The notes beneath the pieces were generated by a model that made no database searches, was not told where the DNA came from, and saw only the letters and a program-made list of their open reading frames with translations. From the NCBI GenBank assembly GCA_964401335.1, contig CAYNYK010000005.1, positions 8,362 to 72,361 on the forward strand: 64,000 nt of DNA, given 5' to 3'. Within the stretch, counting starts at the first letter, position 1, and each line of letters opens with the position of its first letter. This document shows, piece after piece, positions 53,516 through 61,477 of this stretch. The DNA comes from an uncultured Planctomycetales bacterium (GTDB lineage: Bacteria > Planctomycetota > Phycisphaerae > UBA1845 > PWPN01). A program made the translations under genes and the position numbers.

Positions 53516-55141
53516 TCATGGCGCGGCGGTCTCGGAGTCAGAGTGGTCGTCTTCGGCCTTGTCGACCGGCTTGGTCGCGGAACGCTGGGCTGGCGGCGTC
53601 GGCCGTGGTGGTGACATCCGAAGGATCGATTTCCAGGTATTGACATAACCCGGATTGGGTATCCGTTTGCCATCGATAAACAGAGACGGGGTGCTGTTGA
53701 CTTTCACGTACTCTAGCTCTTTTTCATCGACCTGATCCCGACCAAGGTTGGCCCCTTCTTCAGCATCGCGCTTGATCCGCGCCAAAACTTCATCGCCATT
53801 CATCGCGGCAACAAAAGCGTCCGCGTCAAGACCGATCCGCCGGGCGTATTCGACAAACAAGGCCGTATTCTTTACCCAATCCGCATGATGTTCAAACAAC
53901 AGGCCGTGCATTTTCCAAAAGGCGTCATCGCCGCCGAGCATCATCGCCGCCTCGGCGGCCCGGGCGGCTTGACAGGCTTTCGGATGCAGGTTGAAACTCA
54001 CGTTCGGATTGCATCCATCGGTACAGATCGGCCAGTGCTTGAAAACCACCCGCAGACCCCCGTTTTTCTCGCCTAACGGAACGACAGTATCATAGAACCA
54101 CTTCTCATATCTGCGACAGGACGGACACTGGAAATCGCTGAAGATCACGACCGTATGACGGGCATCGGCCGGCCCGAAGGTCGGACGGCCTTCGATGGGA
54201 ATATCCACCCGCGGAGCGATCTGCCAGGCGGTCGCCATGTGCTGCCAGGAACCCTCGTAACGCTGTTTAAGTTTCTGGTATCCCTGCTCGGTCCGGGCAA
54301 GATCACTCTCGTATTTTTCCAGACGCTTGGCGGCCTGCTTGATGGTTTCCTGATCCATTTTAAGCCGTATTTCCACCATGCGGCTTTCGTAGCCGCGCCA
54401 CAGGTACAGATGGGCAACCGCGAAGGTCAACAGGATTACCACCGGGGCGACGGCCAGCATCCACCAGTGCGGCCAGTCGCTCACCAATTCGGAAACGCGC
54501 ATCGCCGCGGAAGATTCAGGGGCGGCCGGCGCTTCGGGCAGCCGCCTCGGCCAAAGCAGCAGAACGCAGACAAACAGCAACAGGCTGATGACATGGCTGA
54601 CAAAACACCAAGGGCACCAGTAATCCAGTTGGGTAAACATCACCACGTCAAGGTAAACACTGACCGCCAGCCCGACGGCGGCCACCAGCACCAACAGCAG
54701 ATGGACCCACCAACGCGAGGGACTGACCTGTCCAACTAACACCAACCACCAGACCACCGCGATAAAATAAAACAGACCCAGTTGAGCGGTCGGAAGAGCG
54801 GCGGTCTCCGGTTGGCTGCCCAGCTTGATCTCCCCCCACTTGCTGAGGGCCACCTCTTCACAACTGGAGGTTTCAAACGCCTCGCAGACCTGTTCGAGAA
54901 GACCTTTTTCCTTTTCAGGCTTTTTGGCCTGATCGGATGAGGCTTTCGCCGCGTCCGGGCGGGTGGCCGGCGCGGTTGCCGGTTGCGTTGCGGCTTTTCG
55001 GGCTTCATCTACCGTTTGCTGGAAACGCTTGACTTTAATATCGAAGTGCTCGATCGTCAGCGCATAGCTGATCCATACACCGGCCACGCTCAACACGATG
55101 GCCAGTATCCATACAATCCATCGCCCCAATGGTGATCTCAC
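53516..55141 (-). CDS. VKOR-family membrane protein fused to a DsbA/thioredoxin-like domain
   Basis: N-terminal polytopic part with a Cys pair (CEAFETSSC) and CPWC. C-terminal domain with the CPSC active site (FSDFQCPSCRRYE). Confidence 0.75.
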   Translation of the reverse strand: MRSPLGRWIVWILAIVLSVAGVWISYALTIEHFDIKVKRFQQTVDEARKAATQPATAPATRPDAAKASSDQAKKPEKEKGLLEQVCEAFETSSCEEVALSKWGEIKLGSQPETAALPTAQLGLFYFIAVVWWLVLVGQVSPSRWWVHLLLVLVAAVGLAVSVYLDVVMFTQLDYWCPWCFVSHVISLLLFVCVLLLWPRRLPEAPAAPESSAAMRVSELVSDWPHWWMLAVAPVVILLTFAVAHLYLWRGYESRMVEIRLKMDQETIKQAAKRLEKYESDLARTEQGYQKLKQRYEGSWQHMATAWQIAPRVDIPIEGRPTFGPADARHTVVIFSDFQCPSCRRYEKWFYDTVVPLGEKNGGLRVVFKHWPICTDGCNPNVSFNLHPKACQAARAAEAAMMLGGDDAFWKMHGLLFEHHADWVKNTALFVEYARRIGLDADAFVAAMNGDEVLARIKRDAEEGANLGRDQVDEKELEYVKVNSTPSLFIDGKRIPNPGYVNTWKSILRMSPPRPTPPAQRSATKPVDKAEDDHSDSETAAP

Positions 55142-55441
55142 GCATTTGCTCCCATGCCTAAAGTATTAGCGAATCCTATCAACTTAATCCTGTCTCGACG
55201 CGACAGGCCTACCTTCTATGGACTGCGGTGTCTATGACATCGCTTTTTCTGGATGACGGAGAGGGTGCCAGGTGGCCCGCCTCCTCTGGAGGTGGGGGAG
55301 CGATGACCACGCCACGAAACCGAACATGCTTCATTCTCCTGGTAACACCATGTTGCTCTGTCGAGATTCCCCTCCCGCGTTACAGGGGAAAGGATTCCCC
55401 CATATGTCTGGATGCGAGAAAGGATTCTCGTACCAGCATAA

Positions 55442-55500
55442 GGTCGTCCGGTTACGAAAGTTCGTCATCGCTCCCGCACGTCTGAAGACGTGGGCCACCC
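55442..55500 (+). repeat. Dispersed hairpin-bearing repeat (copy B)
   Basis: ggtcgtccggttacgaaagttcgtcatcgctcccgcacgtctgaagacgtgggccaccc. Perfect 6-bp stem cacgtc-tgaa-gacgtg. Confidence 0.7.
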
Positions 55501-55693
55501 AATCCTCATCGCTCTTCGGTCTCACTCGGCCTTACCACCATAGGTCGCTCAACACATACGCCGCCGCTGGCGGTGCATTCCGTGAATTCATTTCGCCCCC
55601 CCCCACTTTCCCAACCAGCTACCGGCCCCCCCAACTGAGGCGGAGGCGGGCACATTTGCAGGCGAGGCGGTTCCCTTCTAAACTCTACCGGTT

Positions 55694-56476
55694 ATGAGTG
55701 CAATCAAAGTCCTTATTCTGCGTACCGCCGGCACTAACTGCGACGAGGAAACCGCTTATGCCTGGGAACTGGCCGGAGCGGTTACCGCTCGCGTGCATAT
55801 TCGCGAGCTGATGGATCGCCCCGCCCTGCTCGGCGATTATGGGATTTTAACCATTCCGGGCGGTTTCAGCTACGGTGACGATATTTCCGCCGGCAAGATA
55901 CTGGCCGTCCAGTTGGTCCACTACTTATCCGACGCTCTGCGGGATTTCGTTGCCGCCGGTAAGCTAATACTGGGGATCTGCAACGGATTTCAGGTATTGA
56001 TCAAGGCCGGTCTGCTGCCCCGAGCGGGCGAACAGAACGGCTCACGTCCCGCCATGACCCTGACCCAGAACGACTCCGCCCGTTTCGAGGATCGTTGGAT
56101 TCACCTGCGTTGTGGGGGAAGGCCAAACGCTTTTCTGCCGCCGGATCGGATTCTAGCCATGCCCATCGCCCACGGCGAGGGCAAACTGGTCGCGGCCGAC
56201 CGGGCCACGCTGGATCGCGTTATCGCCGGCGGACATGCCGCCCTGACCTACTGCGACGCCCAAGGCCACCCGGGCGGATATCCCATCAATCCCAACGGCA
56301 GCGAGGGCGATATCGCCGGGTTGATCGACGCTACCGGCCGCATCCTGGGCCTCATGCCCCACCCGGAGCGGCACATCCACGCCACGCAGCACCCGCAATG
56401 GACGCGACGAAAGGCCGATCGCGGCGATGGCCGTGTTTTATTCGAGACGGCCATCCAAACCGCCCGATCCAATTGA
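55694..56476 (+). CDS. purQ: Phosphoribosylformylglycinamidine synthase, glutaminase subunit
   Basis: PGGFSYGD, GICNGFQ (catalytic Cys), HGEG, NPNGS..DIAG, MPHPER. Confidence 0.85.
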   Translation: MSAIKVLILRTAGTNCDEETAYAWELAGAVTARVHIRELMDRPALLGDYGILTIPGGFSYGDDISAGKILAVQLVHYLSDALRDFVAAGKLILGICNGFQVLIKAGLLPRAGEQNGSRPAMTLTQNDSARFEDRWIHLRCGGRPNAFLPPDRILAMPIAHGEGKLVAADRATLDRVIAGGHAALTYCDAQGHPGGYPINPNGSEGDIAGLIDATGRILGLMPHPERHIHATQHPQWTRRKADRGDGRVLFETAIQTARSN

Positions 56477-56542
56477 TACCGGACACCCTTGCAGGAAAAG
56501 CACCGAACAGAGCCGGTCTTCCGTTGCGGAATGGTCGACCAC

Positions 56543-56577
56543 TGAATGCTGAGCACTGATTGCTGACCGCTGATTGC
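56543..56577 (+). repeat. Phased heptanucleotide repeat (TGANNGC)x5, plus-strand orientation
   Basis: TGA at 56543, 56550, 56557, 56564 and 56571. Units are tgaatgc/tgagcac/tgattgc/tgaccgc/tgattgc. Confidence 0.8.
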
Positions 56578-56586
56578 TATAAAAAA

Positions 56587-56620
56587 ACGAACGCCGATAT
56601 TCCTCGACGTTCGTCTTTTT
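56587..56620. terminator. Bidirectional intrinsic terminator
   Basis: A7 - acgaacg ... cgttcgt - T5. An inner cga/tcg pairing shortens the loop. Confidence 0.6.
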
Positions 56621-56807
56621 GCCTCTGGACACGCAATGATGTACCACAAGATACTTCCAGAGGTCATGTTGGTCCCGGCAAGCGGGGAGATAGCTTGCGG
56701 GAAAGGAATCCTGCCACCGCTTCCGGCTACCGTCGCGTCCCCCGCAACGAACGTGTTAACCTTTGCGGCGGCTTAACGACCGTCGCGTTTCCGGGCCGAG
56801 CATCGGC

Positions 56808-57074
56808 TCACGCTGAGCCGGCATCCTCCTCCAGCATCTTACGCAAACGCGCGTTCTCGCGGCGCGTGGCTTCCAGATCAAATAACAGATATTTGATGGA
56901 GAGGCGCAGAAAATCGATACTTTCGTGCAGGGTGTTGACCGTCTTTTTCAGCTCGCGATGACGCTGCTTGGTTTCCTCGGCCAGCATGGCCAGCCGCTGA
57001 CGCTCTTCCTCGGGCAACGTGTCGATTTCCGCGACCAATTCGCTTAGTTTCTTTTGAAATGTGGTTTCGTCCAT
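56808..57074 (-). CDS. Small coiled-coil protein (88 aa)
   Basis: RBS gggggag 8 nt upstream of MDETTF. Heptad-rich E/K/L/R sequence. No known motif. Confidence 0.5.
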   Translation of the reverse strand: MDETTFQKKLSELVAEIDTLPEEERQRLAMLAEETKQRHRELKKTVNTLHESIDFLRLSIKYLLFDLEATRRENARLRKMLEEDAGSA

Positions 57075-57423
57075 GAGCTTCTCCCCCAAAAAAAGTTGTT
57101 CATCACACCCCTCAAACCCGTGGCCGAGTTCGACGGGGTCACAACTGCCGATCCCAGATAAACCTCTTATCCTGCAACCGTGATGCCAGGGCCAACAGCG
57201 ATATCCAGGCAAGACGAGGTGCCTACAAAACACTTTGGCGCAAAGGTTTACATCGCGCGGCGGGACATACTCCCCACGAAGGTGCTCACTGCCGCCTGGG
57301 ACGGTATGTTGTTTTATTTCAACACGCGAACATTGTTCGCAGGCGACAATACATACAAGTTTTTGGCCTACATAAAGTTATGTTGCTCGTAAAAAGTCAA
57401 CTCCGATAACTTTTCCTAGGCCA

Positions 57424-58230
57424 TCAAGCCGACGTCCAGCCGATCAAGGCGGGGGCCAGTTTCTTCTTCTGCTCGAGGATCCATCGATAGTAGTTAGCCC
57501 GTTTAAGCTTGGAGCCGGCCTCCTCGTCCAGTATCACCAGAACGTCACGATGCAACTGAAGCGCGCTGGCGGTTACCTGCGAAGTGATCGGGCCTTCGAT
57601 AAACTCGGCCACGATATCGGCCTTCTTTTTTCCGTTGGCCACCAGGATAATCTTGCGGGCCTCAAGGATCGTGCCTACCCCCATGGTGATCGCAAAACGC
57701 GGGACCTCGTGCTCGCTGTCGAAGAAGCGCGCGTTGTCTTTAATGGTTTGCTCGGTCAGGGTTTTCAGGCGGGTACGCGAGCCAAGTGATGAACCGGGTT
57801 CGTTGAAGGCGATGTGCCCGTCGGCCCCGATGCCCAAAAGTTGGATATCGATGCCGCCGGCCTGGCGAATTTGTTCCTCATACCACTCACAGAATTCCAG
57901 AACGGACTCGGCCGCATGTCCATAAGGCACATGGATGTTGCGTTTGGCCACATTGATGTGGTTGAACAGGTGCTGATCCATGAAATAGCGGTAACTCTGC
58001 GGATGTGAAGGCGGCAGACCGAGGTATTCGTCCAAGTTAAACGTAATCGTTTTGGAGAAATCCAGGCCCTGTTCCTTGTGCAGGCGGATCAACTCATCAT
58101 AGGTGCTGATCGGCGTCGAGCCGGTGGCCAACCCGAGAACGGAGTTGGGCTTGCGCATCAACTGTTGGGCAATGATACTGGCGGCCAGTTTGCCCATTTC
58201 CTCGTATGACTTGGTGATAATAACTTCCAT
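57424..58230 (-). CDS. nagB: Glucosamine-6-phosphate deaminase
   Basis: LGLATGSTP, FNLDEY, GIGADGHIAFNEPGS. Confidence 0.92.
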   Translation of the reverse strand: MEVIITKSYEEMGKLAASIIAQQLMRKPNSVLGLATGSTPISTYDELIRLHKEQGLDFSKTITFNLDEYLGLPPSHPQSYRYFMDQHLFNHINVAKRNIHVPYGHAAESVLEFCEWYEEQIRQAGGIDIQLLGIGADGHIAFNEPGSSLGSRTRLKTLTEQTIKDNARFFDSEHEVPRFAITMGVGTILEARKIILVANGKKKADIVAEFIEGPITSQVTASALQLHRDVLVILDEEAGSKLKRANYYRWILEQKKKLAPALIGWTSA

Positions 58231-58671
58231 GAGTTTCTCCTCTTGGCTGAAATGTTCCGGTATGATCGATTTAACAGATAACCCTTGCCTACCACAACAT
58301 TGCTTACACGCTCGCTAACGCTCACGGCGAGTTTTTCTGGAAAACCTGAAAAGCGGGTCCATCCGCGTTCTTCGGGCGGGTCATAATAGCGCCTGGAATT
58401 GGGGATGTAAAGCGGAGCCGCGCATAGGGAATCGGTGGGGCGGCGGGAAGTTGCGAGCCGGTTGGCGGGCGGGTATAAGTAGGGGTCCCTAGGCACAAGG
58501 CGGTGCGGGATCGCGCGATTTGGCTAACCGAATGTTACTGCACGGATGCTTCTGGACCGGCCGGCGACCGTCGGCATGGCCGCCTTCACTTCACGGCGCC
58601 ATGGCAGAAGACCCGGCTTCGAGTTTTGGGTTGTCCCTGTGGCAGACGATCTGTCCGGTGGGAGGTTGTTC

Positions 58672-59946
58672 ATGAAACTGGTGATTTTTGAGGACGATCA
58701 AGCTGATCGTTTCTTTCCGATTTGCTTTGTCCGCGGCGTATTCGAGTTGAAATGCGGGGCAGCGAGTCTGGCCGACAAACTTGCCCGCGCCGCCGGCGGG
58801 CAAGTGGATGCCCTGCTGGTACGGGACTATCTCCGGCCGACCGTGGCCCGGCGTTACCCATCCGCCGCCGTTAATGATCTGAGCGGTTGCAAGGGGCAGG
58901 AAGTCCTGCTACTCAACGGGCGTATTTGCGGCACGGGTTTCAAGCCGCCCAAAGACGCCGTGGCCTTGTGGAAAGGCGGGCAATTGGCCGCCTGGCGAAC
59001 CACCGTCGATCTCAGCGGGGTTAAGGACTATGCGGGTCTTGTCGCGGCGGCCGCCAAAGCGCCGCGCGCCGAGTTTGAGGGCACCTGGTTCAACTACATC
59101 TGGGATGTCATGTTGGCCAGTCCGCACGAAATTACCGCTGACTTTCAGGCCGCGGGTAAAAAAGGTATCGAAGGCACGATGCACGAATCATCCGTTATCT
59201 TTGGTCCGCGCGACCAGGTTTTTATTGGCCAAGGTGCCGAGATTCACCCGTTCGTCTGTCTGGATACGCGCAACGGTCCGATCACCATCGAGCCGGGCTG
59301 CGAAATCCATCCTTACACCCGCGTCGAGGGGCCCTGTTATCTTGGAGCCAAGAGCATCCTCCTGGGGGCCAAGGTCCGCGAGGGGTGCAGCATCGGACCG
59401 ATGTGCCGGATCGGCGGCGAGGTGGAGGAGAGCGTCATTCACGGCTACTCCAACAAGTACCACGACGGCTTTCTCGGTCACGCCTACGTCGGCGAATGGG
59501 TCAACCTCGGGGCCCTGACCACCAACAGCGACCTGAAAAACGATTACACCACGGTCAGCATCAAGCTGGGTCACGAGACCATCGACACCGGTTCGACCAA
59601 GGTGGGCAGCTTCATCGGCGATCATGTCAAGACGAGCATCTGCACGCTGCTCAACACCGGTACGGTGGTGGGCACGATGGCCGTCCTGGTTGCCACCGGG
59701 GCCCCGCTGCCCAAGACGATTCCGCCGTTCGGCTGGTTCCTCAACGGCGTGGTCAGCAAGGGTTTCGGATTAGGCGCTCTGCTGAATACCGCCCGAACGG
59801 CCATGTCCCGGCGCAAGGTGCAAATGACCGAGGACGACGAAGCCCTTTACCGTTACTTGTTCAAACTGACCTCGGAGGACCGTATGGATTACGTCCGTCG
59901 AGGGCGGCGCATGCTGGCCCGTTCGTCGGAATCGTCCGGCGTCTGA
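58672..59946 (+). CDS. Putative sugar nucleotidyltransferase-like protein with left-handed beta-helix (GlmU-like, atypical N-terminus)
   Basis: MKLVIFEDDQADRFFPICFVRGVFELKCG N-terminus. The C-terminal half has hexapeptide-repeat character. RBS ggagg. Confidence 0.7.
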   Translation: MKLVIFEDDQADRFFPICFVRGVFELKCGAASLADKLARAAGGQVDALLVRDYLRPTVARRYPSAAVNDLSGCKGQEVLLLNGRICGTGFKPPKDAVALWKGGQLAAWRTTVDLSGVKDYAGLVAAAAKAPRAEFEGTWFNYIWDVMLASPHEITADFQAAGKKGIEGTMHESSVIFGPRDQVFIGQGAEIHPFVCLDTRNGPITIEPGCEIHPYTRVEGPCYLGAKSILLGAKVREGCSIGPMCRIGGEVEESVIHGYSNKYHDGFLGHAYVGEWVNLGALTTNSDLKNDYTTVSIKLGHETIDTGSTKVGSFIGDHVKTSICTLLNTGTVVGTMAVLVATGAPLPKTIPPFGWFLNGVVSKGFGLGALLNTARTAMSRRKVQMTEDDEALYRYLFKLTSEDRMDYVRRGRRMLARSSESSGV

Positions 59947-59997
59947 GCCCAGTGGCGGCGTATCATCAAGCACTTACCTCACTAGAATAGGAGATCG

Positions 59998-61383
59998 ATG
60001 ATGGCCAAGGAATACCCCCTTCGGGATATCGCGGAACCCAACCTGGTCGAAGAACATTTCCCCCATGTGCTGCCTCCGCTGATCAAGTTCACCGGCAAGT
60101 GGATGGAAAACATCGACGGCAAGACCGTCGAGTTTGATTCGGCCGCCCGAGTAAAAGAGGATATTCACATCACCGACACCACCTTCCGTGACGGGCAACA
60201 GGCCCGGCCGCCGTACACCGTCGAGCAGCAGGTGAAAATCTACGAGATGTTGGCCAAACTCGGCGGGCCCAAGGGCGTCATCCGTCAGACCGAGTTTTTC
60301 CTCTACACCAAGAACGACCGCGAGGCCCTCGATCAATGCCGCGCGCTGGGTTTCAAGTTCCCGGAGATCACCGGCTGGATCCGCGCGGTCAAGGGCGATT
60401 TCCGGCTGGTCAAGGAAGCCGGCCTGAAGGAATCGGGCATGCTCACCTCCAGCAGCGACTACCACATTTTCTACAAGCAGAAGCAGACCCGGCAGCAAGC
60501 CTTCGACCAATATATCGAGGTCGTCGAGGCCGCCCTGGAGACCGGCGTGCGTCCACGCTGCCATTTGGAGGACGTGACCCGGGCCGACTGGAAGGGGTTT
60601 GTATTCCCCTTCGTGCAGAAGCTGGCCCGCCTCAGCGAGCAGGTGCCGGACCATTTGAAGGTTAAGGTTCGGCTATGTGACACAATGGGTTTCGGTATCA
60701 GCTATCCGAATGCGGCCGAGCCGCGCTCCATCGCCAAACTGTGCTGGTACATGAACAATGAGTGCGGCATCTCCCCGCAGCGGCTGGAATGGCACGGGCA
60801 CAATGATTTCCACAAGGTGCATATCAACGGAACGACCGCCTGGTTGTGTGGCTGTAACGCCTTGAATGCGACCATGTTTGGTTACGGCGAGCGTACCGGC
60901 AATCCGCCGCTGGAGGGCGCAATCATGGAATATATCGCCCTCAAGGGCGACCTGTGCGGAATCGAGACGCGGATGATTACCGAGATCGCCCGATACATGC
61001 AGAGCATCGGTTTCGAGATTCCGGAGAATTATCCGTTTGCCGGCAAGCACTTCAATACCACGCGGGCGGGCATCCACGCCGGCGGCCTGCGCCGCGAGGA
61101 GCGGATTTATAACATCTTCGACACCACCACCCTGCTGGATCGCCCGCCGCAGGTGGCCATCACCGACAAGACCGGCACCGACGGCATCGCCTACTGGGTC
61201 AACGATTTCCTCGGCACCAAGGGCACGGCCGACGAGGTCAAGCTCACCCAGATCTTCAAGATCCAGAAGTGGGTGATGGACCAGTACAACGTCCACGGCC
61301 GCATGTCGGCCATCACCGACCACGAACTGGTCGAACAGGTGAAGATGCACCTGCCGGAGCTGTACGCGAAGTACAAAAAGTAA
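59998..61383 (+). CDS. HMGL-family aldolase-type synthase (homocitrate/isopropylmalate/Re-citrate synthase-like)
   Basis: ITDTTFRDGQQ, and metal ligands in the HGHND.H block (WHGHNDFHKVHINGTTA). TIM-barrel length of 461 aa. Confidence 0.8.
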   Translation: MMAKEYPLRDIAEPNLVEEHFPHVLPPLIKFTGKWMENIDGKTVEFDSAARVKEDIHITDTTFRDGQQARPPYTVEQQVKIYEMLAKLGGPKGVIRQTEFFLYTKNDREALDQCRALGFKFPEITGWIRAVKGDFRLVKEAGLKESGMLTSSSDYHIFYKQKQTRQQAFDQYIEVVEAALETGVRPRCHLEDVTRADWKGFVFPFVQKLARLSEQVPDHLKVKVRLCDTMGFGISYPNAAEPRSIAKLCWYMNNECGISPQRLEWHGHNDFHKVHINGTTAWLCGCNALNATMFGYGERTGNPPLEGAIMEYIALKGDLCGIETRMITEIARYMQSIGFEIPENYPFAGKHFNTTRAGIHAGGLRREERIYNIFDTTTLLDRPPQVAITDKTGTDGIAYWVNDFLGTKGTADEVKLTQIFKIQKWVMDQYNVHGRMSAITDHELVEQVKMHLPELYAKYKK

Positions 61384-61395
61384 GAAAAGGAAGGA

Positions 61396-61453
61396 GGCGA
61401 ATGCCGGGTCGGGGTCGGAAGTTGGGTGGGGATAGGAAGACCCGGCATTCGCC
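61396..61453. terminator. Perfect 15-bp inverted repeat between convergent genes (probable bidirectional terminator)
   Basis: ggcgaatgccgggtc (61396-61410) / gacccggcattcgcc (61439-61453), with a 28-nt G-rich loop. Confidence 0.65.
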
Positions 61454-61477
61454 TTGTACCGAAAATGGGATGTTCCG

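Noticed and set aside
51975-55500. Diversity-generating retroelement (TR/VR pair), suggested by the A-versus-G differences between the two 60-nt repeat copies.
   Set aside because: There is no reverse transcriptase in the window. Neither copy lies inside a CDS 3' end, and the differences are A/G transitions at CpG rather than A-to-N mutagenesis.
55142-55693. ZTP (pfl) or purine riboswitch upstream of purQ.
   Set aside because: There is no match to the GGGUCGUGACUGGCG / CCGCCUGGGC ZTP cores or to the purine-riboswitch loop-loop consensus. The most conserved segment is instead a repeat also found at 51.9 kb, next to unrelated genes.
56621-56807. Possible RNase P, SRP or other housekeeping ncRNA in the structured 190-nt region (gggaaaggaatcctgcc etc.). 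I also searched generally for tRNA, tmRNA, rRNA and CRISPR.
   Set aside because: There is no GAGGAAAGUCCGGGC P4 core, no SRP domain IV motif and no T-loop GGTTCGAATCC cloverleaf anywhere in intergenic DNA. No spaced direct repeats suggest CRISPR.
57326-57340. Perfect palindrome GCGAACA-T-TGTTCGC downstream of nagB, and a small AGCTTT-N4-AAAGCT dyad at 43343-43358.
   Set aside because: Both are real in the sequence but short and single-copy in the window. There is no adjacent regulator to tie them to, and the evidence is insufficient to call an operator or terminator.
58231-58671. Possible glmS ribozyme in the nagB / GlmU-like divergent region (an AGCGCC string at ~58388).
   Set aside because: The conserved ribozyme core (for example the GACGAGGA segment and the downstream pseudoknot) is absent, and the neighbouring genes are not glmS.
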